A DNA stretch of 52,853 nucleotides. Origin: an uncultured Erysipelotrichaceae bacterium. GTDB lineage: Bacteria; Bacillota_I; Bacilli_A; Erysipelotrichales; Coprobacillaceae. A program made the translations under genes and the position numbers. This document shows, in pieces, positions 19,490 to 29,616 of this stretch (positions are counted from its first letter, which is position 1; every line of letters starts with the position of its first letter). The stretch covers positions 1 through 52,853 of the forward strand of contig URQL01000001.1 in NCBI GenBank assembly GCA_900550005.1, in the 5' to 3' direction. The notes beneath the pieces are model-generated. The model worked only from the letters and a program-made list of their open reading frames with translations. It had not been told where the DNA came from and did no database searches.

Positions 19490-21022
19490 TTAATTATTTT
19501 CATTTTTTGAAGATAAATCTAAGACTGTTCCATCCGCTCTAGGATCACTGCCTCCTTCTAAATGATCATCAAAGATTTCAATGATTTGACTAGCACCACT
19601 TGCACTAAGTTTAGGTATAACCTTGATAGAATGGCCTAATTTTTCTAAAGCCTCAATTGTCTCTTTACCAAAGTCTTCTTCCATTTCAATAATATGGTTT
19701 ATACCATCATAATCCGCACGCCATTTAGGTGCACTAACGGCTTGTTTAGGCGTCATCTGCTCATCAATTAAATGACTGACCAATTGCATATTCCACATCA
19801 CTTGATAATCCCCACCAGGTGTATTTCCCACGTATTTTAATTGATGATCTTTAAAAATCATCCATGTATTTAAAGTATGAACTGCTTTTTGTTTATGTAA
19901 AATACATAAAGGATGTTCTAATCTTGTATTAAGCCCTACACCAGCACGGTTATTTAATAAAATACCTGTATCCTCAACAATTTCTCCACTTCCCCATGTT
20001 CCAGCAATACTTAATATAAAAGAACAAGCATTATTAAATTGATCCACAACTACAAAAGAAGTCGTATGTCCTCTATTTTGTGTGTAAGGATCTCCTATTT
20101 TATTATTTGCTTGGTTAAAATCAATTTGATTTGCTAATACTTTTGTATAAGACTCACTTAATCCAAGATCAGGATGATTATAAGTAAATTCTCTTTGACT
20201 AAAAGTAAGTTTTTTTGCTTCCAACATAGCATGTATTTTTTGAACTGTTGTTTTATTATTAAAATCAAGATGATTAAGAATCCCCATTTCTTGTAAGTGC
20301 AAATACCCTTGAGATACGGGTGGTGTTTGTAGAATTGTATATCCACGATAATCGACTTGAATCGGTTCAAGTATTTCACAATGATAATCTTTAAAATCAT
20401 CTAAAGTAAAATATCCTCCATGTTTTTGACTGTATTGCACAATTTTTTTTGTGATTTCTCCTTGGTAAAAACCATCTCTACCATAATCATTTAAATATTC
20501 TAAAGTACTTGCTAAATCTAGATTAATAATTTTATCCTTTTTAGTTTTAGGTCATCCATTATTAAGATACAATTTACCTGCATTATAAGCTTGTAAGTCT
20601 TTTAAATCCGTGTGCATATGACGTTCTACTTTACTAGGTACATAAATACCATTTCTTGCATAATCAATAGCATCTTGTGACAATTGATTAAAAGGCATTG
20701 TTCCCCATTTATTTTGAATAGTAAACAAGACATCCACTAATCCTGGTACAGTAACAGAAGTCATTCCTCTTTTTTGGATTGGTGTATTCAAATCATAATT
20801 TTTAGGAATTTGACCGCTACCATTAATTGCATAAACCTTATCTTTTTGATGATCATAATAAAGTAAAAAAGCGTCACCACCTAATCCACACATATCTGGT
20901 AATACTACCCCGGCACTTAATGTCATAGCAATACTTGCATCAATGGCATTCCCTCCTTGACTAAGTATCTTTTTACCTGTTTGACTGATTAAATCATGTG
21001 CCGAACTAACCATTCCTTTCAT
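19490..21022 (-). pseudogene. ggt: Gamma-glutamyltransferase family protein with one in-frame TGA
   Basis: GGNAIDA, GLGGDAF, VTVPG, then TGA 20552-20554 (NNG*PKTK); same frame continues DLASTL..GFYQGEI..TPPVSQG..HTTSFVVVD..GTPGG-like NTPGG..GGSDPRADG. Confidence 0.9.
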
Positions 21023-21141
21023 CCTTATTCCTTCTTTCTATAAAATAAATTATAAATTTATTCATAGAAAGAACCTAGTTATTTTCATAATTTGATGTAA
21101 AAAGAAAAGCACTCAACTTATTAGCTGAATGCTTATTACTA

Positions 21142-24100
21142 CTATTTAGGTAAATTTCCAATATCGATAAGTGTTAACTTTTCATCACGTTTATTAATTA
21201 AACAGTTAATTAAAGCTTCACAAGTATCTAATGAAGTAAATGTTGGAACCCCTGTTTCAACAGCAACACGACGAATTAAGAAACCATCTTTTTCATTGTT
21301 ATTTCTTGTTGGACGGTCAATAACTAAATCTACTGTTCCTGTCATTAGTAAATCAATGATTGTATTTTCTTGTTCACTAATACGGTTTACGAATTTAGCA
21401 TTAATTCCATGTTCTCTTAAGAATTTATAAGTTCCAATTGTTGAATAGATTTCATACCCATATTCTACATATTTTTTAGCGATTGGTAAGAATTCTTCTT
21501 TATCTTCATCTTTGATTGTTGCAATCATTTTATAATGAATTGGTAAGTCAACACCTGAACCAATGAAAGCTTTATAAATAGCTTCTTCAAAGTCTTTAGA
21601 GATACCTAATACTTCACCAGTTGATTTCATTTCAGGCCCTAATGCAACATCAGCACCTCTGATTTTTTCAAATGAGAAGATTGGCATTTTAATTGCAATT
21701 GTTTCTTTTTCAGGAGCTAATCCATATTCATAACCTTGTTCTTTAATTGTTTTTCCCATAATGACTCTTGTTGCTACATCGACTACAGGAATATCTGTAA
21801 CTTTAGAGATATAAGGGATTGTACGAGATGATCTTGGGTTTACTTCAATAACATAAACTTTATCATCTAATACGATAAATTGAATATTGATAAGTCCAAT
21901 AACGTGTAATGCTTTAGCAAGACGAGCTGTATAATCTGCAATAATTTCTTTAATAAATGGTTTAACTTTTTGTGTTGGATAAACAGAGATACTATCTCCT
22001 GAGTGAACTCCAGCTCTTTCAATATGTTCCATGATACCTGGGATTAAAATTCCATTTTCATCACAAATTGCATCAACTTCGACTTCTTTACCCATTAAAT
22101 ATTTATCTACTAAGATAGGGTGTTCTTGATGTGTACGGTTAATGATGGCCATGAATTTTTCAATATCACTATCATTAACAGCAATTTGCATACCTTGTCC
22201 ACCAAGTACATAAGAAGGACGAACTAGTACTGGATATCCTAATTGATGAGCAGCATCTAATGCTTCATCTACTGTAAATACAGTTGTTCCTTTTGGTCTA
22301 TCAATACCACATTGTTCAAGAATTTCATCAAATCTTTCTCTATCTTCTGCAGCATCAACATCATCAGCAGAAGTTCCTAAGATTTTAACTCCCATTTCCA
22401 TTAATGCTTTCGTAAGTTTGATTGCTGTTTGTCCACCAAATTGCACAATTGCTCCATCTGGTTTTTCCAATTTAACAATACTTTCAACATCCTCTGGTGT
22501 TAATGGTTCAAAGAATAATTTATCCGCAATGTCAAAGTCAGTACTTACTGTTTCAGGATTATTATTTACAATGATTGTTTCATAACCTGCTTCTTTTAAT
22601 GCCCAAACGCAATGTACTGAACAGTAGTCAAATTCAATACCTTGTCCGATACGAATTGGTCCAGAACCTAACACCATGATTTTTTTGCGATCATTTGAAA
22701 CTTCAACTTCATTATAAGCATCATATACAGAATAATAATATGGTGTATTTGCATCAAATTCAGCTGCACATGTATCAACGACTTTATAAGCTGCAACAAT
22801 GTTATTATTTAAACGCATTGTTTTAACTTCTTGTTCTGTTTTATTTGTAAGTAAAGCAATAACTGAATCTGGGAATTCTAAACGTTTAGCTGCTCTTAAT
22901 AAATCAACAGTTAATTCACTTGTTTGTAATGTTTGTTCCATTTCAACTAAGCGTTTAATTTTATCAATGAACCATAAATCAATTTTTGTAATATCATGAA
23001 TCGTTTCTTCACTGATTCCTTGTCTTAATGATTCAGCTACAACGAATAAACGTTGATCATCTACATTTTCTAATTTATGTAATAAGAATTCTTTATCTTT
23101 ACCAGCAATTTCAGGTAAATGTAAATAATAGATATTTTGTTCTAATGAACGTAAAGCTTTCATTAAAGCCCCTTCAAAGTTTGTACAGATACTCATAACT
23201 TCTCCAGTTGCTTTCATTTGTGTTCCTAATTTTCTTGAAGCATCAACGAATTTATCAAATGGCCATTTTGGAATTTTACATACAACGTAGTCTAATGTTG
23301 GTTCATAAGATGCATATGTTTTTCCTGTAACAGCATTAATGATTTCATCTAGTGTATAACCTAATGCAATTTTAGCTGCTAATTTTGCAATTGGGTAACC
23401 TGTTGCTTTACTAGCTAAGGCAGAAGAACGGCTAACACGAGGGTTTACTTCGATAACACAATATTCAAAGCTTGTTGGATGTAAAGCGAATTGAACGTTA
23501 CATCCACCTTCAATTTTTAAAGCTGTAATAATATTTAAAGCAGATGAACGTAACATTTGATATTCTTTATCAGATAAAGTTTGGCTAGGAGCCACAACAA
23601 TACTATCTCCTGTATGTACCCCAACTGGATCTAAGTTTTCCATGTTACAAACGGTAATACAGTTTCCATGACTATCACGCATTACTTCGTATTCGATTTC
23701 TTTCCATCCAGCAATACATCTTTCAATTAAACATTGTCCAACACGAGATAATCTTAATCCATTTGAACAAATGCTTACTAATTCTTCTTCATCTGAAGCA
23801 ATACCTCCACCTGTTCCACCTAATGTATAAGCAGGACGTACAACAACTGGATATCCAATTTTATTAGCAAAACCAACAGCATCTTTTGTTGAAGTAACAA
23901 CTAAACTTGAAGCACATGGTTCACCAATTCTTTCCATTAAGTTTTTAAATTCTAAACGGTCTTCAGCTAATTTAATTGTATTTGTAGAAGTACCAATTGT
24001 ATGTACATTATGTGCTTCTAAGAATCCTTCATCAGCTAAAGCCATAGCAATATTTAAAGCATTTTGTCCACCTAATGTAGGTAAGATACTGTCAGGTTGT

Positions 24101-24342
24101 TCTTCAATAATTAATTGTTTAACAACATCCACTGTTAAAGGTTCAATATAAACTTTATCAGCAATTGTTTTATCTGTCATGATTGTTGCAGGGTTAGAGT
24201 TGATTAATACAACTTCCATTCCTTCTTCTTTTAAAGCACGACAAGCTTGTGTTCCGGCATAGTCAAATTCAGCTGCTTGACCAATGATGATTGGTCCAGA
24301 TCCGATTACAAGAACTTTTTTGATATTTGGATTTTTAGGCAT
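21142..24342 (-). CDS. carB: Carbamoyl-phosphate synthase large subunit
   Basis: GSGPIIIGQAAEFDY, two ATP-grasp halves (EVNPRVSRSS, EVNPRSSRT), C-terminal MGS domain. Confidence 0.99.
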   Translation of the reverse strand: MPKNPNIKKVLVIGSGPIIIGQAAEFDYAGTQACRALKEEGMEVVLINSNPATIMTDKTIADKVYIEPLTVDVVKQLIIEEQPDSILPTLGGQNALNIAMALADEGFLEAHNVHTIGTSTNTIKLAEDRLEFKNLMERIGEPCASSLVVTSTKDAVGFANKIGYPVVVRPAYTLGGTGGGIASDEEELVSICSNGLRLSRVGQCLIERCIAGWKEIEYEVMRDSHGNCITVCNMENLDPVGVHTGDSIVVAPSQTLSDKEYQMLRSSALNIITALKIEGGCNVQFALHPTSFEYCVIEVNPRVSRSSALASKATGYPIAKLAAKIALGYTLDEIINAVTGKTYASYEPTLDYVVCKIPKWPFDKFVDASRKLGTQMKATGEVMSICTNFEGALMKALRSLEQNIYYLHLPEIAGKDKEFLLHKLENVDDQRLFVVAESLRQGISEETIHDITKIDLWFIDKIKRLVEMEQTLQTSELTVDLLRAAKRLEFPDSVIALLTNKTEQEVKTMRLNNNIVAAYKVVDTCAAEFDANTPYYYSVYDAYNEVEVSNDRKKIMVLGSGPIRIGQGIEFDYCSVHCVWALKEAGYETIIVNNNPETVSTDFDIADKLFFEPLTPEDVESIVKLEKPDGAIVQFGGQTAIKLTKALMEMGVKILGTSADDVDAAEDRERFDEILEQCGIDRPKGTTVFTVDEALDAAHQLGYPVLVRPSYVLGGQGMQIAVNDSDIEKFMAIINRTHQEHPILVDKYLMGKEVEVDAICDENGILIPGIMEHIERAGVHSGDSISVYPTQKVKPFIKEIIADYTARLAKALHVIGLINIQFIVLDDKVYVIEVNPRSSRTIPYISKVTDIPVVDVATRVIMGKTIKEQGYEYGLAPEKETIAIKMPIFSFEKIRGADVALGPEMKSTGEVLGISKDFEEAIYKAFIGSGVDLPIHYKMIATIKDEDKEEFLPIAKKYVEYGYEIYSTIGTYKFLREHGINAKFVNRISEQENTIIDLLMTGTVDLVIDRPTRNNNEKDGFLIRRVAVETGVPTFTSLDTCEALINCLINKRDEKLTLIDIGNLPK

Positions 24343-25417
24343 TTTTATTTCCTCCCATCATTTTGATAAATTCATCAAATAAATAATTTGTATCCAATGG
24401 CCCAGCACATGCTTCTGGGTGGAATTGAACCGTTTTAATATTTTCTTTTAAATATTCTACTCCTTCAATTGTACCATCATTTACATTTTTAAACCAAGGT
24501 CTAGCAATACTTGGATCGATTGTATCTTCTTTAACAACATAATTATGATTTTGTGTTGAGATATAAACTTGATTTGTATCTAAATCTTTTACTGGATGGT
24601 TAGCACCATGATGTCCATATTTTAATTTTTCTGTTTCAAATCCATGAGCTAATGCCATCAATTGATGTCCTAAACAAATCGCAAAAATTGGTGTTCCACT
24701 TTTCATTAAAATTTGCATTTGTTTAATAATGTCTACACATTCAGCTGGATCCCCTGGCCCATTTGATAGCATAATTCCATCATAGTTTCCTTCTAATACC
24801 GTAGAAGCTAAAGTTGAAGCAGGGTATACTGTGACTTCACAACCTCTTTTTACTAAAGAAGCTGCAATATTATTTTTAGCTCCAAAATCATATAAAGCAA
24901 CTTTGATATCTCCTTTACCTAATGTATAAGATTCTTTACATGTTGTTGCTTCAACAACACCTGTTACTTTAAATGCTTTAATTTTTTCTAATACTTCAGT
25001 TAAATCTTCATAATAAGTTGTTGTGATCATTCCATTCATACATCCTTTATTACGAATGATTTTAGTAATATGGCGTGTATCGACACCTTGAATACCCGCA
25101 ATTCCATGTTCTTTCATGTAATCTTCTAATTCTACATTTTTTCTAAAATTGCTTCCCATGCGGGCTAATTCATTAACAATAAAAGCTTCCACATAAGGTT
25201 GTTTTGATTCTTGGTCTTCTAAACAAACACCATAATTTCCAATTAATGGATAAGTCATAACAACAGATTGACCAGCATAAGATGGATCTGTTAAAACTTC
25301 AACATATCCTGTCATAGAAGTATTAAATACGATTTCACTAATAACTTCTTTGTTTGCTCCTATACTTGTTCCTTCAAAAACACTACCATCTTCCAATATT
25401 AAGTATGCCTTCATCAA
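24335..25417 (-). CDS. carA: Carbamoyl-phosphate synthase small subunit
   Basis: EIVFNTSMTGY, LTDPSY, LSNGPGDP, ICLGHQL, QFHPEA. Confidence 0.99.
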   Translation of the reverse strand: MMKAYLILEDGSVFEGTSIGANKEVISEIVFNTSMTGYVEVLTDPSYAGQSVVMTYPLIGNYGVCLEDQESKQPYVEAFIVNELARMGSNFRKNVELEDYMKEHGIAGIQGVDTRHITKIIRNKGCMNGMITTTYYEDLTEVLEKIKAFKVTGVVEATTCKESYTLGKGDIKVALYDFGAKNNIAASLVKRGCEVTVYPASTLASTVLEGNYDGIMLSNGPGDPAECVDIIKQMQILMKSGTPIFAICLGHQLMALAHGFETEKLKYGHHGANHPVKDLDTNQVYISTQNHNYVVKEDTIDPSIARPWFKNVNDGTIEGVEYLKENIKTVQFHPEACAGPLDTNYLFDEFIKMMGGNKNA

Positions 25418-25435
25418 AATCCTTCCTTTCTTTAT

Positions 25436-25467
25436 AAAAAAACATATCTAAATAAAATAGATATGTT
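25436..25467 (-). terminator. Terminator/attenuator hairpin in the carA leader
   Basis: AACATATCTA-ttttatt-TAGATATGTT followed by TTTTT, just upstream of the carA RBS. Confidence 0.7.
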
Positions 25468-25555
25468 AAATACCAAAAATATGAAATTTAAAAAAGGAAA
25501 TAATCATGCCAACAAATAAAGAACTATCCGTTACTAGCGTATTCATCTTTTTCAT
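25466..25555 (-). CDS. Putative carAB leader peptide, 29 aa (MKKMNTLVTDSSLFVGMIISFFKFHIFGI)
   Basis: Not in the ORF track. AAGGAG RBS, lies between a consensus promoter and the hairpin, stop codon overlaps the hairpin 5' arm. Confidence 0.6.
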   Translation of the reverse strand: MKKMNTLVTDSSLFVGMIISFFKFHIFGI

Positions 25556-25583
25556 GTCGCACCACTCCTTTTTTCAAATAATT

Positions 25584-25612
25584 AGTATACACGGTTTCGA
25601 CTTTTTTTTCAA
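25584..25612 (-). promoter_or_regulatory. SigA-type promoter of leader-carAB
   Basis: TTGAAA-17 nt-TATACT on the minus strand. Confidence 0.75.
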
Positions 25613-25624
25613 TACCTTATTCAT

Positions 25625-26836
25625 CTAATCTTGGTTGATTTTTTTAATATCAAATCCTTCTTTTTTAAAGGTATCTATAATTTGTTCAATGTGCTTATCC
25701 CCGTTTGTTTCACAAGTGACACGTAATTCTACTTCTGAAAAATGAGGTAAGTTGATAAATTGATTATGATCTAATGAAATAACATTTGCATTTAAAGCAG
25801 CAAGTAATTGTGATACTTTAGCTAATTGTCCTGGTTTATCAGGTAATTCTACTGAGAAAGTAAAAATTCTACCTCTAGCAACTAATCCTTTATTAATCAT
25901 TGATGAAATATTTTTAACGTCAATATTTCCACCACTGACTACACAAGCAACATTTTTATTCTTTTCATTTAATTTTTTTAATGCAGCTAAAGATAAAATA
26001 CCTGAGTTTTCAGCAACTAATTTATGTTTTTCAACTAGATCTAAGAAGGTTTTCATTAAATCATAGTCTGATACAGTAATGATACCATCAACATATTTTT
26101 TTATATATTCAAATGGTAAATCTCCAATCGTCTTAACAGCTGTTCCATCAGCAATTGTATTTGCTTCTTTTAATGTAACGACTTTATCTTGTTGAATGGC
26201 TTCTAAAGCGCTGGCTGCACCTTCTGGTTCTACACCAATAACTTTAATAGATGGTTTAATTTGTTTAGCTGCACAAGCAATACCAGAAATTAATCCTCCA
26301 CCACCAACAGGTACTAGAATAATATCAATATCTGGATTTTGTTCTAAAAGTTCTAAAGCAATTGTTCCTTGCCCTTCAATGACATCTTCATCATCAAAAG
26401 GATGAACGAACGTATAGCCATATTCTTTTTGAAGTTCACAAGCTTTTGCGTAAGCTTCATCATAAACTTCTCCATATAAAACAACATTTGCCCCATGAGA
26501 AGTTGTTGCTTCTACTTTAATTAAAGGTGTATGCGCAGGCATAACAATCGTTGATTTAACTCCTGCTTGTTTTGCTGCATAAGCAACACCTTGAGCATGA
26601 TTTCCTGCTGATGAAGCAATTAATCCTTTAGCTTTTGCTTCATCATCCATTTTAGCGATTTTATTATAAGCACCTCTTAATTTAAAAGATCCTGTTCTTT
26701 GTAAATTTTCTGGTTTAATATAAACATGATTACCACATTCTTTAGAAAAATGTTCACTATAAATTAATGATGTATCGACTAATACTTTATTTAATCTTTG
26801 TTTTGCTTCTTTAAATTGATCCAATTTTAACATCAA
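25625..26836 (-). CDS. ilvA: Threonine ammonia-lyase with C-terminal ACT domain
   Basis: KPENLQRTGSFKLRGA PLP lysine, SAGNHAQGVA, VGGGGLISG, SGGNID, LPDKPGQL ACT domain. Confidence 0.93.
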   Translation of the reverse strand: MMLKLDQFKEAKQRLNKVLVDTSLIYSEHFSKECGNHVYIKPENLQRTGSFKLRGAYNKIAKMDDEAKAKGLIASSAGNHAQGVAYAAKQAGVKSTIVMPAHTPLIKVEATTSHGANVVLYGEVYDEAYAKACELQKEYGYTFVHPFDDEDVIEGQGTIALELLEQNPDIDIILVPVGGGGLISGIACAAKQIKPSIKVIGVEPEGAASALEAIQQDKVVTLKEANTIADGTAVKTIGDLPFEYIKKYVDGIITVSDYDLMKTFLDLVEKHKLVAENSGILSLAALKKLNEKNKNVACVVSGGNIDVKNISSMINKGLVARGRIFTFSVELPDKPGQLAKVSQLLAALNANVISLDHNQFINLPHFSEVELRVTCETNGDKHIEQIIDTFKKEGFDIKKINQD

Positions 26837-26905
26837 AATTCCTCCTTATTTTGTTTTATAGTATATCATAACTAAAGCATTAAAAAAAGGCATATTTCTA
26901 TGCCT

Positions 26906-27091
26906 TTATGCTTTTTGTTTAATTTGATTTGTACTTTTATCGTAAAAATAGCCTTGACTTGATAGAAAATCCATAATTTCTGTAGGATTTTCACCTTTTA
27001 CTTCAATAAGTGTTTCTAGTGACATATCATCATCTCTTAACCATAAATTAAGCATGCTCACTAAAATTGAAATATCTCTAGGTAAACTCAT
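26906..27091 (-). CDS. DUF4250 family small protein
   Basis: MSLPRD..LVSMLNLWLRD..GYFYD..NQ pattern; coupled to the upstream stop. Confidence 0.75.
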   Translation of the reverse strand: MSLPRDISILVSMLNLWLRDDDMSLETLIEVKGENPTEIMDFLSSQGYFYDKSTNQIKQKA

Positions 27092-27909
27092 TAGAATTCC
27101 ACTCCTTCAATAAGCTTACTTAACATATAAGCAATACCGTCTTCATCATTAGATAAAGTGACTTCATCTGCTTTTTCCTTAACACCATCAACGGCATTTG
27201 CCATAGCAACACCTTTACCAGCATATTCGATCATCGATAAATCATTATAACCATCACCAAAAGCAATCACTTCTTCTTGTTTAATTCCCATATATTTTAC
27301 TAAATGATCTAAAGAAGCAGCTTTATCAATGTTTTGAGCCATAATTTCAATATAATGACCTGCTGAACGATAAATACTTAATTCGTCTTCATAAGGAGCT
27401 TTAAAATCATCAAGTACACTTGCGATATAAGTTGGATCTGCAGCTAATAATACTTTATTTACTGGAAAATCAATAAAATTGATAAAATCATCAATTTGAC
27501 GTAATCCCATATCATTTAAGTTAGCTTCACCTTGAACATAAGAATCGTCACTTTGATCTGTAATTACATCATTATCTAAATAACTCATTGGGGCTAATTT
27601 AAAATCTTTTGCTCTTTGAATCATCTCACGAGCTTGTTCAACAGATAAAGTTTTATCATAAATAATTTCATTTGTTGTATAATCAATCACTCTTGCTCCA
27701 TTAAATGATAATAAATAACCTTCATATTTTTCTAATTGTAATTCTTTTGCTTCATGACGAAGTCCTGGTGTTGGACGACCAGAAGCTAAAACAACTTTGA
27801 TCCCTAATTCTTCACATTTTAATAAAGCATCTCTCGTCTTAGGAGAGATTGTATTTTGACTTGTTTTTAAAGTTCCATCTAAATCTAAAGCAATTAATTT
27901 ATATCCCAT
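27091..27909 (-). CDS. Cof-type HAD-IIB hydrolase
   Basis: DLDGTL, ASGR, NGA, KA, AFGDGYNDLSM, AMANA. Confidence 0.95.
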   Translation of the reverse strand: MGYKLIALDLDGTLKTSQNTISPKTRDALLKCEELGIKVVLASGRPTPGLRHEAKELQLEKYEGYLLSFNGARVIDYTTNEIIYDKTLSVEQAREMIQRAKDFKLAPMSYLDNDVITDQSDDSYVQGEANLNDMGLRQIDDFINFIDFPVNKVLLAADPTYIASVLDDFKAPYEDELSIYRSAGHYIEIMAQNIDKAASLDHLVKYMGIKQEEVIAFGDGYNDLSMIEYAGKGVAMANAVDGVKEKADEVTLSNDEDGIAYMLSKLIEGVEF

Positions 27910-27988
27910 ACATTTATCCTCTTTTCTTTATTTATGCGATACAATTATAACATAGAAAATTAAAAACAAAAATCTCTTTTACCAAAAA

Positions 27989-28327
27989 CTAACGTGCATA
28001 CCCGGTTAACGTTTGCATTGAAGTATATTGAATCAAAGGAATCGTGATAGGATAACTCATTTCTACTATATAAAGAGATTCTTTAGGAAAAAGTTGCAAG
28101 TCATGTTCAATACTGCAATCTTGATACGTTATTTTATACACATCATGTTTAGCTAAATCATTCATAATGGTAGGGTTAAAATGACTTTGTTCAACCATAG
28201 ATATAACATATTGATGATATTGATTAGCATGGTTGATTTGTATAGTCACATTAAGAATACTAAATGCTAAAACAAGAAAAAAAGTAAGTAAAATACTATC
28301 TACAAGCCATTCAACTGATTGCTTCAT
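27989..28327 (-). CDS. TadE-like minor pilin candidate
   Basis: Starts MKQSVEW + hydrophobic helix; C-terminal VEMSYPITIPLI..LTGYAR resembles TadE-like beta strands; last gene of the Tad-like operon. Confidence 0.6.
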   Translation of the reverse strand: MKQSVEWLVDSILLTFFLVLAFSILNVTIQINHANQYHQYVISMVEQSHFNPTIMNDLAKHDVYKITYQDCSIEHDLQLFPKESLYIVEMSYPITIPLIQYTSMQTLTGYAR

Positions 28328-28683
28328 CTTTCTACCCTCACTAACTGATTAACTTCCTTATATTGTCCATTAGCATTGACACAAACATAACGAACAGGAT
28401 AAAAGCCTGGTTTCGTTATATCGATTTCATCATAAATACTCACCTGTCCATTACTATTTAAAATAAAATCCTGTAAATGATAAGATTGATTTACCTTTAA
28501 AATAATTGGTTCAACTTCTAACACACATTCTTGATTAACCAAAGATAATTTATTAAAAGAGGTTTTATTTAAAATTAAATGATTTTTCATATCCTGACGA
28601 TACGTATAAAATTGGAACAATACTAAAGAACAAACCATAATCGCTAAAGCATATTGTAAAAATAATTTAAAAGAAAAGTCCAT
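28324..28683 (-). CDS. Pilin-like protein with C-terminal DUF5011/Ig-like domain
   Basis: MDFSFKL + hydrophobic helix; EIDITKPGFYPVRY resembles the DT..PG.Y.V.Y Ig-like motif. Confidence 0.6.
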   Translation of the reverse strand: MDFSFKLFLQYALAIMVCSLVLFQFYTYRQDMKNHLILNKTSFNKLSLVNQECVLEVEPIILKVNQSYHLQDFILNSNGQVSIYDEIDITKPGFYPVRYVCVNANGQYKEVNQLVRVER

Positions 28684-28811
28684 TACACCACCCTTTCAAT
28701 CGTCATTAAGAGAATTTGATGATAAAAAATAAGGAAATTACTTCCTAAAAATAAAATACTCACAACCAACGCAATAAGTAAATCAAAAAACTCTTCTAAA
28801 GATAAATCCAT
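28683..28811 (-). CDS. Small pilin-like membrane peptide, 42 aa (MDLSLEEFFDLLIALVVSILFLGSNFLIFYHQILLMTIERVV)
   Basis: Not in the ORF track. Starts 1 nt after the previous stop; its TAA overlaps the next ATG (TAATG). Confidence 0.75.
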   Translation of the reverse strand: MDLSLEEFFDLLIALVVSILFLGSNFLIFYHQILLMTIERVV

Positions 28812-28812
28812 A

Positions 28813-28920
28813 TTAATACAAGTGGATCGTGTTTAAACACGAAAAAGCAATCATCAATAATCCACCACCAAAAACCAAAGTAATCAAATAACTAAATGCA
28901 TTTTCTAAAGATAACTTCAT
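28813..28920 (-). CDS. Small pilin-like membrane peptide, 35 aa (MKLSLENAFSYLITLVFGGGLLMIAFSCLNTIHLY)
   Basis: Not in the ORF track. ATGA overlap with the tadC-like stop, GGAGGGG RBS. Confidence 0.75.
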   Translation of the reverse strand: MKLSLENAFSYLITLVFGGGLLMIAFSCLNTIHLY

Positions 28921-29612
28921 TCTACCCCTCCTATAAGTGTCGTTGATAATAAATTCGCTATATATAAGATATACATGCTAAGCAAGAAAAGTGGTATTGA
29001 GTTAATAGCTCCAATAAAAAATAAAGTTTGTTCTTGTTGGTGTTTTCTTTGACTCGCTTCTATTTCATTTAAACGTTGGTGTAATGAACCAAATTCTTTC
29101 ACAAGCAATTCCTTATTTAAAAAATTAAATTGGTAAAGATCTAACATCATTTCACGAATACTTTCGTTATGGTACTGACTTAAAAATTCACGATAAAAGA
29201 TTTGATTCGTAGGATCTTTTTCAACCTGATCAACTAAATAAATTAAATCCCGCTTAAAAGAAAGCGGACAAGTAGGAATTGATTTTTTTAAAGTGTTAGG
29301 AATATTGTTTGACATAATCAACACTTCTAATGAGGATAACCATAAAGGAAAATCATATTCTACCTCCCTCGCTTTATTAGTGGCCTTTGTTTTAATAAAA
29401 AAATAAGGAATAAAATAGCCCAATACGCATAAACCGACACCTAATAAAATAAAAGTCACCGTAAAACTTTTAAATACAAAAAGATAAAGTGGGACTAGCA
29501 AGATAGCAAAGAAAAAAACGAATCCCATTTTCCATTGGAAATACAATTCTTTATGGAGATTTAAAATTTTCAAATAATCAATACCCTCTTTTTCAATTAA
29601 CCATTCTTTCAT
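28917..29612 (-). CDS. TadC-like inner-membrane platform protein (T2SSF fold)
   Basis: Two N-terminal TMs, EYDFPLWLSSLEVL cytoplasmic domain, C-terminal TM; follows ATPase and TadB-like genes. Confidence 0.65.
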   Translation of the reverse strand: MKEWLIEKEGIDYLKILNLHKELYFQWKMGFVFFFAILLVPLYLFVFKSFTVTFILLGVGLCVLGYFIPYFFIKTKATNKAREVEYDFPLWLSSLEVLIMSNNIPNTLKKSIPTCPLSFKRDLIYLVDQVEKDPTNQIFYREFLSQYHNESIREMMLDLYQFNFLNKELLVKEFGSLHQRLNEIEASQRKHQQEQTLFFIGAINSIPLFLLSMYILYIANLLSTTLIGGVE

Positions 29613-29616
29613 TTTT

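Noticed and set aside
25420..25620. PyrR-binding attenuator or T-box upstream of carA
   Set aside because: No AGUCC.GNGAGG PyrR loop and no T-box Stem I motifs are visible.
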